From Octopus vulgaris (lineage: Eukaryota), in assembly GCA_951406725.2 (NCBI GenBank), contig OX597832.1, positions 11,904,001-11,968,000 of the forward strand: a DNA stretch of 64,000 nucleotides, given 5' to 3'. The translations under genes and the position numbers were made by a program. The notes below the pieces were generated by a model, which did not search any database, was not told the DNA's origin, and was given only the letters and a program-made list of their open reading frames with translations. This document shows, in pieces, positions 13,036-28,284 of this stretch. The number at the start of each line of letters is the position of its first letter. Positions within the stretch are counted from its first letter, which is position 1.

Positions 13036-14237
13036 AATGATGTTATAGTGGTGCTTTTGTGCATATGTGCTCTGCATGTGATTGTGCACGCACGTGCACG
13101 AGTGAGTAATTTCAATCAATAGTGTATTCATTCTAATAAACCTATTCGTTCATTCATTTCTTTATTCCTATTATTCTCTAGTTGGTTTCAGGTTTACTTT
13201 CAAACATACCGGGAAAATATTTACTGAAGTAAATGAAATTGTCTCCCTTTACATGTAAGCTGCGATGTTAGAATGCCAGAATGCTAAAATATTCTATGCT
13301 TTTAATATGCAAGTTTTCTCTAACTTAACCTGACTATTACGAAGATATTTATGAATGAAAATATATATTAGCAGTAAGGTAGAAACAAAAGAACAACTCG
13401 TGGTATATGAATATTTATGTACACATAGGAACATGTATTATTTATATATCTATGTATATTATTTCTATCTATCTGTCTCTATATATATATATATATATGT
13501 GTGTGTATTATTTATATATCTGTATTTATATCTATATATCTTGATAAATGTATACACACAATGATAGACTGACAGATATATAGATAGATTAAAACTCATT
13601 CACACACGCAAACACACACTCACACACACATATATACACAAACACACACGCATGTCTTCATATGAATATTTGTATTCATTTGTGTGTATTAAATATGTAT
13701 ATATTATATATATATATATACATCTATGTGTGTAGATGTATACACACAGATCGGGAGAGGAAGATTGATAGTTAGATAAATAGATAGAAAACTCAGACAC
13801 GAGTGCCTATATATATATTTATTAATATTTGCTTTTATATGTATATATAAATATGTGTTAATACTGACAATTATTTAAGATATATATATAAGACGAAGTA
13901 TATAGACGTGAGTGAAGAAGTCGTTTTCTCTGGCTTGATCCTGGTCGACCTCACCTAAGATATAACAGCGATAGACATAAGATTTGGCTTCAGTTTCTAG
14001 GAATTTGAATGACCAGTATGTGACTCCCTTTGTGTCACGGCGTAGCTGCTAATGTGCACATACACTGTGTGAATGTATAAAATATTACATGAATAATTTA
14101 TATACTATCTTATCAATATAGATAACAGTTTTTTTATATTATAGATTTACTTGGAAGTATTAGCATTAATTCCTTCTTTGTGCGGGAAGGTGTATGTTTA
14201 TGTCTCTCGCTCTCTCCCTCTTTGACCCTCTCTTTCG

Positions 14238-14295
<58 letters not shown>

Positions 14296-14584
14296 GTATG
14301 CATATATTCATATGTCCATATGTATGTACATATTAATACAACGGTATTATATAACTGCATATATAGCAGTGTGTTTTTATATGTGCATGGTTCTATATAC
14401 GCACACACACACACACACGCACATACGCACATAGCTCGCACTTGCGCTCACACACACATACATATTCATTCACACATACATCCATATACACGAATATATG
14501 CATGTGTATACCTATGTGTACGTATGTGTGTGCGTGCGTACACGTATGCATATGTGTAAGTAATTGTGTGGTGAGAATACAGCG

Positions 14585-14629
<45 letters not shown>

Positions 14630-15169
14630 CGGCGTTGTTGCAGTATGTGGTTGCGTATGTATAAATGAATGCAATACATTATTAATATTCATTCTTATAT
14701 AGCCGTAAATTCTGATAAACTCTTCGAACTGTATCAGAAAATTATCTTAATTTTAAATGAGAATATTCCAGGGTTCAATTTTTATCAGTTTATCTGTAAT
14801 CAGGTACTATACGATTATTTTGTGAATAAATTACCATCACTAATATTTCGCGTGCTTATTTTTTTTTTCGCACCTTATAATTAGCTTTTGTTAATATTTG
14901 ATATTGCCTGCACCAAGTATGCTAGCACTTACATAACTATGATTGGATATATCTTTGTGTATATGTTCGTTGTTTATGTGGTTCTACATACTTTGCACTG
15001 CCGAATGGTTAAGAACTTCGCTTTATAACCAAGAGGTTTCTAGATCAATTACAATTCGTGTGATTTTGTAAAAAATATCTTTGGATTTAGGCTCGTGTTG
15101 ACCAAAGCATTTTGAATGTAACTCGTTCAGCGTATGGATCTTTCTCGCATATTGATTTGTGGTTTGAAT

Positions 15170-15592
15170 TTATGGTACAAAGCCTGCAATTTGGAGGAAA
15201 GGCTTAAGTCGATTGCCTCGACAGTGGTACACATTTTATCGACTCCGAAAGGATGAAAGGCAAAGTTGACCTCTGCAGAATTTAAACCCAGATGGAAAGA
15301 CAAACGACATACCCCTCAGTATTCCATCCGGCATTGCTAACGGTTCTGCCGCCCTTGTATTGTTCTCTCATATTGATTAAAATTTTAAAATTTTGGCCCA
15401 AGACCGGCAAATTCGAGCATAGGGATAAGTCGATTCCATCGACCCCATTTTTCAGTTGGTATTTATTTTATCGACACCGAAAGGAAGAATGCCAAAGTAG
15501 ACCTCAGCTGAATTAGAACTCAAAACGTAAGGACGGGACGGACAACATATCGTTAAGCTTTTTCCTCAGGGATTCTGCCAGTTCGCCGTCTT
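15170..15592 (-). mobile_element. Two tandem diverged family A SINE copies
   Basis: TTTATCGACTCCGAAAGGATGAAAGGCAAAGTTGACCTC and a second copy at ~15400-15590. Confidence 0.75.
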
Positions 15593-16214
15593 TGATGGTC
15601 AATTCTTATCCCTCGCAATCTCGGTCCCGCGGAGAATAACATCAGGAATTTCCACAGTAAATCTATCGGTACATATTTCTGTTAACCAAACATCTAAATA
15701 GCCATCGTCGAAACTGATGCAGATCCATTTAATTTAGTTTTACTTTACTAGCAAGTTCGCTTGCTATGTTGCATTGGGGAAGCTTTTACAGAATTGATTT
15801 GCTTCTGGCTCATCTGTAAATGGCAAATGAAGAGATACCCAGAAGTATTCGCAGCTCGTAGATCTATGCATGTGGTTTGTCAAAGAGACTCTCGGAGTAT
15901 TGGCAGAGAAAAATGTCGCCATTTAATAAGTAAATTAACATTCCGCTACTCCAGAGTGTATTGTGTAGTTATTATGTTTCGTATATTTGACATAGGGCAA
16001 TATATTTCACAAATATATAACAACTGACGGATGATGTAATAGAAATAATGTAATCCTAAACAGTCGATATAAGAAGTAATGTATTATATATTTGCTTAAG
16101 CACTCGTTGAGAAGAATAGTGAAGTGGAAGCGTGTCGAGGTTCGTAGATCGAAACTACGCTGTGCAAAGAAATGAGTACTAATTTTTGTAGTTATACATC
16201 GCAACCAGATTGAT

Positions 16215-16417
16215 TTCAAATTTTGGCACAAGGCCAGCTGTTTCAGGGAATGGGTTAAGTCGATTACATTGATCCCAGTACTCAACTGGTACTTATCTTA
16301 TCGACTGCGAAAAAATGAAAGGCCTCGGCGGATTTTGAACTCAAAACGCGAAGACAGACAAAATGCCGCTAAGCATTTTTGCCCAGCGTGCTAACGATTC
16401 TGCCAGCTACCCGCCTT
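16215..16417 (-). mobile_element. Family A SINE
   Basis: Ends GCTAACGATTCTGCCAGCTACCCGCC (reverse complement of the head). ATACATCGCAACCA is present on both sides (~16194 and ~16418) as a TSD-like repeat. Confidence 0.85.
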
Positions 16418-17311
16418 ATACATCGCAACCATATTCATGTGTATATACTACTCAAGGGCTAAGTATAAATTATGCGATAGAAATTTATACAGGGGTCAGG
16501 AGTCACTAGCTAACCGGGGACATTTGGTCACCCTCGGGACACCAATATCCAAGTAGCGTAATTGGGCAGGGACGACAAAAACAAAATTTTGCGTTTAGTG
16601 AACAAATGTGTGTACGTGTGTGTACCTTGCTCATGTCAAATTATTTAGAACTGCTGGAAAACGGCATCAATGGAAAAGTATAAACAGCAGCATCCCAATC
16701 AACTGGTCAAATTCATTGACTTTATATAATCCGTTCTACTGTACCGCACAACACCTGAAGCTTTTAAGGTGATGGGATCTAGTCGATCACATCGATCCCA
16801 GTGCTTAACTGGTGCTTATTTAATCGAAATCCTTTATATAATGATCATCGTCCTTCCTAATTTTAGCACAAAACTATCAATTTTAGGAAAGGGTAAGGTG
16901 TTTACATTAGCTTCAGTATTTTACTGGTACGTTATTTTATAAATACCGAAAGAAGGAATGGCAGAGTCGACCTCGGAATGATTTGAACTTAAAGCGTGAT
17001 GTGTCGGGAGGAATCCTGTTTAGCATTTTTATCACTCGCGTCTCTGTCTTAGAAAATGATGGATAAAGAAATCAAATTACATTAAAAAAATGGCAGCAAA
17101 ACTGTTGAGGCATTAAATAACACTAACATATTTTTATAATATATATATTATATATCATACATACATTTTAGCACTTTACAGTATACCTACATACATTCAT
17201 ACATCTTTACATAGACCTAAAACAACAGGGATACTAAAGGAATGCCGGAATTTGAGAGAAGAGAAAACCAAAAGCTCGTATGCTATTCATTGAAAAATTT
17301 CCGAGTAGAAC

Positions 17312-17628
17312 TTATTGTTACCTCCGCTTTTGAAACTATTTTCAATGGTTAACATCGTTATCTTTGGCTTGAATTAGATAAGGATAAAGTGTTTATCACT
17401 ATTACAAAATTGTCTACAGCCACCTTCACATTCCATGACTACCACTGTGATCGATTAGGTACCGGATAAGGATTCTGGATTATTTTTCCGTTTTTTTTTT
17501 AAACTTAATTTTCGAGAGCTGTCGGGTTCATCATTTAAGGTATTCTTTTAAAAATCATCTCTGGCTAATCGCTGAGAGGGCTCTGGTGTTGCCTTGGTGG
17601 AGGTTTGCGCTCTTTGAGTGCTCATGTT
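17312..17628 (+). mobile_element. Helentron-associated (HINE/DINE-1-like) non-autonomous element
   Basis: 5' TTATTGTTACCTCCGC, subterminal inverted partner GTGGAGGT at 17597-17604, then short hairpin GCGCTC-TTT-GAGTGC and a T-rich end. Confidence 0.55.
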
Positions 17629-18221
17629 CTTGATAATTCTCCGCAGTCCATTTTGCCTTTCATCTTTTTCTCATCGTTAAAATAAATATCATGGAAGTAG
17701 TGGAGTCGATGTAATGGACTTCGGCTTTCCTCAAAAAATTGCTGGCCCTGTGTCAGCATCCTTAACCACTCAGCCATGTGTGCATTTATGTTCATGAAAT
17801 GGAAAACAACATTAATAATAATCTGTTTTGGCAGTCAAATGTGTTTAATATCTGCCCGGCTGACTTGTAAGGTTTATCAGAATCAATATGTTACATTTTT
17901 GTTTGTTGTAGATATTCTTTAAGAAAATATAAACAGTTTGCAACGTTAATACACAGAGCAATCAATGGGTAGTCATTTGTCTTCTGAAGAGACATCAGTT
18001 CAAAGGAGAACTTAAGCGATAACAATAAATCTCTGATTTATTTCATCGAAGAAGAAGACACAAGAAAAATAAGAATTATTTAACTTTGAGTGGTGATGTA
18101 TCCAGCCTGTCATTAATTCTTTTAGGTCGCATTTGAGATCATTGCATCAATACTGAAGTATATTTACAGATTCGACCTAAACAGAATGTATAATAGCTTG
18201 TAAAGATTTAAAAAATAAATA

Positions 18222-18567
18222 TTGGTTCCAAATATTGGTACAAAGCCAACAAGTTTGGTGCGGTGGGAGCAAGTCGGTTACATCGGACCCAGTGATCGAC
18301 TGGTACTTATTTCATCGACTTCGAAAGGAAAAGTCGACAATTAATTAATTGGTTAATTGGTTTATCAAAGTTCTTTCGTCAAAGCCTCTGACCTCATTCA
18401 TGATAAACTGACCTTCGTGCACTTCGTCAGTACTACTATGTTCTCAGTCCATAATCTGTGTTAGTTTCTTGGCATTTTAAAATACAGAACTGAGAACTTA
18501 AAGACGGACGAAATGCCGCTAAGCATTTTGCCCCGCGTGCTAACGATTGCGCCAGGTCACTGCCTTA
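18222..18567 (-). mobile_element. Family A SINE interrupted by a ~149-bp insert (18339-18487)
   Basis: SINE sequence ...GAAAAGTCGAC | insert | AACTGAGAACTTAAAGACGGACGAAATGCCGCT is colinear with other copies. Confidence 0.8.
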
Positions 18568-20003
18568 TTTTAGAAATATAAATAATTATTTAGCTACAGA
18601 GATGATTCAGGATATTTTTTTCTATCACATAGTTTCAAAGTTGTTTAAGAAGAAGAAGAAGAAATTCTACAACGGAAAGATTTTACATGTTTTGGTTCTT
18701 CTTGGAAAAAACGAACCTTATCAAAAATATTTTAAAAAGTTAAGTGTAATAAAAATGTTCATACTTGTTTCTTACTAGTCTCAACAGTCCACGTGGGGGT
18801 GTTTTGTGGGGTGGGGGCATAACGGCTGTCTTGTGCGTTGACTAGATTCGTTGGCTGTAATTGTGAAAATGACTGGTGGCCGAAATAACAGTAGTAGCAG
18901 TGACTGTTGGTCGTAGTATATATATATATATATATATATTACTTGTAACAAGAAAATATGAAAACAATGGGTATCATATGTCAATAGCCGTTATACAGAG
19001 AGGATTATTTCCACTAAACCGACCAAAGTCACATATTATAATGATTGATCAGGAAGTTTAGTTTAACAGATGCACTTTTTAAAAAGCCAGCCGTTAAATG
19101 TTCAGAGATAAAGAAACTTTGAAAGCAATGTAGAAAGAAAACAAGTTCGACAATTTTGATGACTCTATAGGAAATCTATTTAAAACATTAAACAATGGAA
19201 GTGTGGGAAAGCCATTTCGTGTTAAGGCCCAACTTAATAAAAAAATAACCTGAACTTGTTCAAGTGTGTTGAAAATCAAATTTTCAATTTACTCAAAGTA
19301 TTCTTACCCATGAATTAGCTAATAAAATGGAATCAGTTTATGATTTCATTTAGTGCGAATGATCACTAAGCATTCCTACATAAATGACTAACATTGTAAG
19401 CCAGGAAAATGTGGTCCACATTGTGAATGTCGATTTAGTATTGGATACCGGTCTAACATAAACGTTAAAACATTCATTGTATTCGTGGAATGTAAAACGC
19501 GACGATACAAGGCAGAATAATATGTTAGACAAGAAAGTGTATCCAGATAGAGCTGAGATCGATTAGCATATATAAATGGAAGAGATCAAACATAAACTGC
19601 AAACTGTTGCATTCTTTTGTGCTTTTAACATAGTTCATAAAACAATGTGTGAAAACTGTGAAAATTAGAATGAATTTATCAGTTTTAATTGGTATTAAAA
19701 CTTATTTAAAAGCGGAAAAGCAACAGCTTAGCCGTATATACGAAATCTTGTAGTTTTGTCAGTGACGGACTTGAAGTAATATAAGCCGAAGCACTACGAA
19801 TGCTATAATGCACAAAAAATATATTGAAGAAAAAAATCAAATTAAAATCCTCATGCTTCAGAAATCTATCCAATGCTAAAACATTCGAAGAATGTAAGTG
19901 ACGGGTAAGTATTCAGTGGCTGTTTTTAATGCTTTTCTTAGCATTTCGAACTTTTCTGTGTACTCTTGTTGAGAATTCACGCAAGAAAGCAAGTATATCG
20001 ATC

Positions 20004-20386
20004 ACAGGCTGTGTGGTAAGTATTTTGCTTACCAACTACATGGTTCCGGGTTCACTCCCACTGCGTGGCACCTTGGACAAGTGTGTTCTACTATATAGCC
20101 TGGGGCCAACCCAAGCCTTGTGAGTGGATTTGGCAGACGGAAACCGAAAGAAGCCCGTCGTATATATGTGTATATATATATGTGTGTCTTTGACTGTTTG
20201 TTTATCTCCCCAACATCGCTTGACAACCGATGATGGTGTGTTTACGTCCCCGTAACTCAGCGGTTCGGCATAAGAGACCGATAGAATAAGTACTAGGCTT
20301 ACGAAGAATAAGTCATGGGATCGATTTGCTCGACTAAAGGCGGTGCTCCAGCATAGCCGCAGTCAAATGACCGAAAGAAGTAAAAG
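20004..20386 (+). mobile_element. Family B SINE, near full length (head/CORE-like part, internal microsatellite, 3' domain)
   Basis: Matches the copy at 28072-28480; 3' domain AACATCGCTTGACAACCGATG...GGCGGTGCTCCAGCAT.GCCGCAGTCAAATGAC. Confidence 0.85.
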
Positions 20387-21787
20387 GACTATAAATACAA
20401 CAGCAAAATTTTTACAGGAAATTATATTACAATTCGAATGAGAAGACATCAAAAGCAACGGTGTTTCTGATACATGTACATGCCACTAACGCCAGACACA
20501 ATGAAATAAATACTTTTTATTCTTGTAATATATCCTAGGGACAGAAAAAATACTCTTATTTTTATACTGGGCACAACCTTATATCACACCATGTATTCTA
20601 GTAGATAGGTGTAGGCTAAAACGGCAAGGTGTGTGTCACCGACGTTCAGCATTGTATAATAAAGCGCTGTGATATACATCTGAGCTGAAATGTATCTTAG
20701 TAAAATAAATAGCAATGTTGGAGGTTCACCGTTCACAGAGGTTATCACAACGCATGCATTAAGCCCTGGCATAATTTTCAATTAAAAATAGCAGTGGTAT
20801 TTAAATAATTCGCATAGCAATGCCGAATGACTTCATTGTTATGTAGAATCGATCTGAAGATCTATCGATTTGAATTGACTTTATATTGTTTTACTTTGGC
20901 AGGGTCTTTCTGAGAATAAACACGACGCGCATGTAATTCACCTTAGATTTATTATCAATTAATTAGATAATTAATTAATTAATTAATTAATTAATTGGTT
21001 AATTGGTTTATCAAAGTTCTTTCGTCAAAGCCTGTGACCTCATTCATGATAAACTGATCTTCGTGCGCTTCTTCAGTGCTACTATGTTCTCAGTCCACAA
21101 TCTGTGTTAGTTTCTTGGCATTTAAAAATACAGCCATATCTGTTTCAACATGCAATTTCCCATTAACAATCTAAAAAAAATGACAATACGGAAAATGATA
21201 TACGCCATCACTTCTCAAATGCGAACCACAGCTTACCTAGTATTAAAAACATAGATGTAGGTTAATAAATAGCAAAATTATGGCTTGTAAACATTGTTAG
21301 ATTATTCTCTGCAAAGATTTGTTAGATCTAAGTGTTTGTATAACTTTTTTTTAAATCTTGTTTTAAATCAAGTTTTCTATGAAAACATACGCAATTGATA
21401 TTTGATTTAAGTTCAAATTAAATGTCCCTTTCGTGTGCACAAGTCTTCAGAATTAGAAGGAAATGGATTTATTAATTACATCCATCTTTTTTATTGATGC
21501 CAGAAGGATCAAAGGCTACGTTTTCATCTCTTGCGATTGTATTTCCATTTAGAATGCTTCACAGGAATTCCAAATCCACTGCTTGGAAGTACTGCATTGG
21601 ATTGAAGAACTTTATTAATACGGGAAGGAGGAAAATCGAAGACTTCTTGTATTATGATTCCTCTCACATCTAGAATGGTTGATAGGGATATTAGGACAAC
21701 CCTAATGTTTGATTAGTACATTCATAATATCTCATATTTGGATTAAAAGGCAAATCATTTTCATTTTACTTTTTAAAATAACATTTA

Positions 21788-21943
21788 GGTGCTGGCGTTG
21801 TTGTGTGGTAAGGAACTTGCTTCCAAACAACATGGTTCAGTCTTATCGCGTAGTACCTTGAGCAAGTGTCTTCTACTAGAGCCTTCGGCCGACCAAAGGC
21901 TTATATGAAGATTTGGTAGACAGAAACGGAAAGAAGCCACGCG
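21788..21943 (+). mobile_element. Family B SINE 5' half, diverged
   Basis: ACCTTGAGCAAGTGTCTTCTACTAGAGCC...GATTTGGTAGACAGAAAC. Confidence 0.75.
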
Positions 21944-22373
21944 TAGAATCTATGATGTAATACATGCCCTTGAAGTAGTAATTGTGCGCGGCTGAAGAAG
22001 GCCATAGACACACATTATGCATTGTTATAAATCCGTCTAATAAAGGCCCGAAACATATGTACCGCTGAATCCTTGGCATCATGTTTTTATTTTGATTAAT
22101 ATACTCCACCACCTACACCACCAAATGGTATATACAGGTGCTTACAATTATCAAATATTCACCCTGAATTTTTGTACCCAACTCACCTACGTTGACACCT
22201 GGATTGGATCCTATATATATATATTATATATACGACAAATAAGGAAACGGAGAGGATATAAAATCGACAGACATCAGCTGGTAAACATTCCAGTATGTCT
22301 ATTTATTCAAAGTTATTGGATGAATACACACACATACCACAAATACATGTACATTATTTAATGAAAAAAAAAA

Positions 22374-22727
22374 GGTATTTCGTCTGCCGTTACTTTCTGA
22401 GTTCAAATTCCGCCTAAGTCAACTTTGCCTTTCATTCATTCGGGGTCGATACATTAAGTACCAGTTACGTTCTGGGTTCGATGTAATTGACTTAATCCCT
22501 TTGTCTGTCCTTGATTAGCCTCTTGTGGGCAATAAAGAAATGAGAAACGTTTGCATCGGACAAAATGCTTAGAGGTCTTTATGTTCTGAGTTGAAATTCC
22601 GCCGAGTTCGACTTCGCCTTTTATTTTTCGGGGTCGAGAAATTAAGTATCAGATGCGTACCGGGGTCGTTCTAATCGACTGGCCCCTTCCCCCCAAATTT
22701 CGGGACTTGTGCCCAGAGAACAAAAGA
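22374..22727 (+). mobile_element. Family A SINE, two body units
   Basis: GGTATTTCGTCTGCCGTTAC.TTCTGAGTTCAAATTCCGCC unit, followed by a second more diverged unit. Confidence 0.85.
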
Positions 22728-23635
22728 TTACTTAATTGTTTACCTTTGCCGAATGAAAACCGCTTTCTACCACCACAACAAAGTTAGTTTACTTAATTAG
22801 AAACAACTTCAGTGTTGGGAAAATATTAATTACTTAATTTATGAATATATGTTTTTACCTGTATGTATAAAGCTGTAACCAGCATGGTTCTTGTGTGCGT
22901 GTATGTGTGTGTATGTCTGTAAGTTTGCTTATGTCTGTCATATGCCCATGCGATTAACTGTGCATGTTCAATTCAGTAACCCCAAAGAAAGAATACCTGA
23001 GAATGTTTAATTAACTTTTCCCTTTACAATTAATCGATTTTACTTGGAAGACATGTATCAGTTTGCTTTGTTCTTTTGGAGGAAAAGAACAGCATTTCTA
23101 GGCCTTTATGCAAATCTGTTGCTACACAGCTTATGGCGACTAGGATAACAGCTACACATGATAATCTACTGATTGGATATAAGAGCTGTTCTTAAACATG
23201 TATGCACGCAGGCATGTACATATGCACGCGTGTATGTGTGAATGTATATATGTGCGTATGTATCTGTACATTGGATCTGCTTGCGTACTTATTCGAAATA
23301 TGGAAACACAGGTGCCAATATGATACTATAACAAAAGAATATTCTGTAATTGGACACTAGATTACCATATAAACATACGACTTCTAGGTGGAAGTGCCTA
23401 ACTACTTGACATTTTATCAATTAATTTATCGTTTTGCAGGATTGGCCGGCTGCGACTTAATAGCTGTTTCATATGACAGTATAACTACACCGAACTATTA
23501 AATAGTGAAAATAAATGGAACCGGTTTTCATTTTAAATGTATAAAAATTAAGAGTATGAAGCAAAAATGTAGAAGGTTATAAACTACTGCAGCATCATAC
23601 CTTCATATCTATGTGTTTCCTTTCTTCTTTAATGT

Positions 23636-23688
<53 letters not shown>

Positions 23689-23692
23689 ACAT

Positions 23693-23853
23693 GATGGGCT
23701 TCTTTCAGTTTCCGTCTAATAATTCCATTCGGAAGGCTTTGGTTTGCTCGTCGTAGAGCAGAAGACATATGCTCAAGGTGTTATTCAGTGGAACTGAGCC
23801 GGGAACAATCTGATTGGGAAGAGAACTTCTTACCACGCAGCCACACCTGCGGT
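23693..23853 (-). mobile_element. Family B SINE 5' half
   Basis: GGGCTTCTTTCAGTTTCCGTCTA...TTACCACGCAGCCACACCTGCG. Confidence 0.75.
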
Positions 23854-23857
23854 GAGA

Positions 23858-23899
<42 letters not shown>

Positions 23900-23967
23900 T
23901 CTGTCTGTCTGTGTGTGTATATATAGGTATATATATATATGTAGGTATATATATATATATATGTATA

Positions 23968-24007
<40 letters not shown>

Positions 24008-24009
24008 GG

Positions 24010-24047
<38 letters not shown>

Positions 24048-25304
24048 TATATACATCAAAGAATGAAATGTATGTGTGTTAGAGAGTGTCTAACTATATT
24101 TTCAAATGTTCCCATTAATCAAATTTGATTCGCAAAATATTGGTCAGGCTATACCAGACAGGACATTCGCCAGGTAGTGAACTCGGAATCTAATGGTTGC
24201 AAGAGAGGAAATATTTAACCATTCCCATAACATTTAACAATGGCTGCAAGAACGAATTAAGAAGATTTTATAAACAACTAATGAAATTACTCACAAACGT
24301 CATTGGAGTGAAAACAGGTAACCATCTGTTAATGATAAATTGCTTGTGTCTGAATATCTAGACGTTGACATCGCTACAAGTGAAAATAGAAAATATGTTT
24401 GATAAAATGAATTGACAATAGTGTTGTTGGATAATTTATATAAATATTAAATTACTGTCGTAACTGTATTTTTTCTTGTGGTATGAGAGTTGTCGTTAAT
24501 GCTGTCGTAGATTTAAAACCTTCTGGCAATAACAGGATTTTGTCTAGAGATTCTTTATTTATCAGTTTCGTCCTATATTGTTTAAAACTCTAGACTGACT
24601 TGAGAGAAATTGGGTTGCTGCTTCTTGTGAGTGGAGCAATAGTATAAAACAGTCACGGGAAATCTCCAGCCCAGGAGTCTTCCCGAATGGCCTACCTAAC
24701 GAAAAGTCTCCTTGAATATTACCAGTGGTGTAGAAAACCTGATAACGAACCCTAACTATTGCAGCCCGCTTCTTGAAAAGGATTGCCCATACCTAATATA
24801 GAGCTTGCATTGCAAAATATGTGCGTCTCTAAAGGTAATAATGATTCACTATGGAAACATTAAAAAGTATTTAATATTTCTCTGAAATTTTAATAATCAA
24901 CAGAATAGTGCAAGGTCAGTTTGTCTGGAATTGAGCAATTCCCAAAGTCTAGTAGTTTTGAAAATGATAAAATGGTATTGAATTTCACTTTATCTGTTAT
25001 TCTGACAAATATAGGATTGAATATTACGCATGATTGAGGCATCACAGTCTATCCGAAACGCACATAAGCAGCTGGTCAAATATCTACACTTCTTCATTCT
25101 ATGGTGTTTTTTCTTCTGTACACTGTGACCTTATACTAAATTTATCCGGTGTTTGACCTTTGGATTTACAAATTAGACATGAAGCGGAAAATTAATTTAT
25201 AGACTTCGAGCATTATAATTGCATTCTCTCGCCACTGTAGTCAACCAAGTCTAATCTCTGCTCATTGCCTATTAATTATTCGCCTAGATCTTCAAACTCT
25301 TTTT

Positions 25305-25342
<38 letters not shown>

Positions 25343-26206
25343 GTACATACACACACACACACACACACACATATGCAACCATGTAGTTAAACAGAAATTC
25401 CAGTATAGAGTCAACAGCGTTTCTGACATTGATAAATAGACTTACATTTCGTGTCCCAAGATATCAGAAAATTACTAACGAAATTATCTACTAGTTTCGA
25501 TATTACGCGCTATAATACTAAACAATGAACTCCAGCATGGCCGCAGTCAAATGAACGAGACCAATAAAAGAGTTAAAGAAAACAAATAAACGCCTCTCGA
25601 ATATCTTTGAAAACTCTAATAAAAATCATTCAGTGAGCTTCTAACCAATAAGGCAACAAGTTTTCTCCATAGTAAAGTGTGACGTGAATGAACGATGCAG
25701 CCAATAGTTAAGACTTATTACATTTTGTTATCTTATTCTTTCCATTTGAAATCTTTATATAATGTGTAACAGTTCCATTTGAAATTGCTTCGACGATTCA
25801 TTCATATGATACAATATAAAAGAGATTGCAAATCAATGTAAGCAAATCTTTTGTAGTTATATACTCATTTCTTCATCTCCAAAACCACCATTTCTATTAA
25901 TGGGAGAATAATTGAATTACTGATTTTTTGCCCGGAGTAATGCGCTGAAAAACTCCATCCTGTTCAAATGCTGGCATTTTCTTTTTATGTATAGAAAAAT
26001 AAAAACAAATGAGAACAAACATATAAATAAAAATAGTCTTCGCCATTTTCTTTTGGGAATATTCCATTTAAAGAGACAAATCTCGCTTGGCAATAAGTAT
26101 TCAATACGTTTACATCAGAAATTAATTATTTTAACTTGCGTTTCATATACGTGCCGAGACATTCCCAGAATTGCATTAAAGTCAAGATAAAATGTGCTTG
26201 TGAGTG

Positions 26207-26309
<103 letters not shown>

Positions 26310-26313
26310 TATA

Positions 26314-26385
<72 letters not shown>

Positions 26386-26634
26386 GTATATATATATACA
26401 AAACATAAACATACATATGTATACATACTATAGATATAAGTATATATAGATCAACAAACACACATATATATATATATATATATAGTCATATACATGTATG
26501 TATATATGTATATTTATATGCATATATATATATATACATACATGTATATATATATATAAATGCATATATATATAAATATGTATATATATTTGTATGCATA
26601 TATATATGTGTGTGTGTATATATATGTATATGTA

Positions 26635-26690
<56 letters not shown>

Positions 26691-27207
26691 TGTATGTATT
26701 TATGTATACTTAATTCTGTTACGCTTTATTCAATGGCATACTGTGCGCGGCAATTCTGCACTGGTCTTCTTCAGACCCATGCCTACACCATGAAAAGAAG
26801 AAAAAGCTGTTACGCTAATATAATAAGAAAAGCTTTGATAATCTTCAGATGTAATCTTTTATCAGTCTAAAAACTATCTTTTATAGAAACATGCCGAAGG
26901 CCTCTTCTTTGAGCGCCACAAAGGTTAAGAAATATCACAATACCTTCGGTATACTATTCTTATTTCTTCATTCTTTACGAACGTGCTACAATATACGATG
27001 CATTTACCATAAAGTTGCTAACATAGACTTTTATTTGCATGTAGTAGATTTTTAAGGCTATGGCTATATGAAAATAGTATTATCTAAAGACAGGTATAGT
27101 GAGCTTTCAGTCAAATAAAATATTTGAAATATAACATAAAACTAGACATCGACTCTATGAATCTAAGATCTACATAAAACAGTTTTCATTTTACAAGAAT
27201 ATTATAT

Positions 27208-27240
<33 letters not shown>

Positions 27241-27264
27241 TGTATGCATAAATATGTTTGCCTG

Positions 27265-27318
<54 letters not shown>

Positions 27319-27342
27319 TAGAACAGTTTTCATTTTACAAGA

Positions 27343-27384
<42 letters not shown>

Positions 27385-28071
27385 TGTATGTATAAATATG
27401 TTTGTTGTGTGTGTGTGTGTATATACATATAAGAAATATTTTGTTTTATAAAATATTCATGTAGAAATGCGCATTGTATAGCCATCTCTTAACACAAACA
27501 TATTGCATAATAGTTCAGTGTCTTCGTTCATTATTGTTATTTATTTATTTATTTTGTCCTTCTTAAGGGAATCAGCAAAGAAACGATAATTATTGTAAAA
27601 GGATTTAATGAATATATTCTGGAAAATTATCATAATTTTAATCTCCAAGTATATTGGCTCTAATTAACTATAGGTATAAATCTCCTAAATCTTCTTCTAC
27701 ACTTAATTATACTGGTTGAAAGGGATGACGGAATTAAAATAACACCGATCGATGTCGTGCTTTTCAAAGCTAATACTCAATTTCTTTAGATCGATTAAAC
27801 TAGCTATAACAAATTTAATCATTTATTGCTCATATCTCTTTGTACCCGAGAGTACAGTACCCTGTGAAGCCTAGATTTGAAGCTTTAAAGAAGTAGGGCC
27901 TACAGAAAAGAAAATCCTCAGTGAGGTTATTCAATAGCAAATGAATGACGGCTAAGTTTCTCACAAATCCCACAATTTTATCTGAAATAGTGAAAAGGTG
28001 CATTAGATAATATTGTCTGTGCTACCGGTAAATAAGACGGATTGTCACCGATGGAACGACTTTGAGGAGAA

Positions 28072-28235
28072 AGACGCAGGTGTGGCTATGTAGAAAGTAA
28101 GTTGCTTACCAGCCATATGGTTCCGGGTTCATTCCCACTGCGTGGCACCTTGGGCAAGTGCCTTCTACTATAGCCTCAGGCCGACCAAAGCCCTGTGAGT
28201 GGATTTAGTAGACGGAAACTGAAAGAAGCCCGTCG

Positions 28236-28284
<49 letters not shown>

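Noticed and set aside
19070-19750. Possible decayed transposase
   Set aside because: Coding-like composition, but I could not identify a diagnostic motif.
21425-21449. Minus-strand CTGAAGA..GAAA
   Set aside because: Stem II does not close and there is no stem III or NUH.
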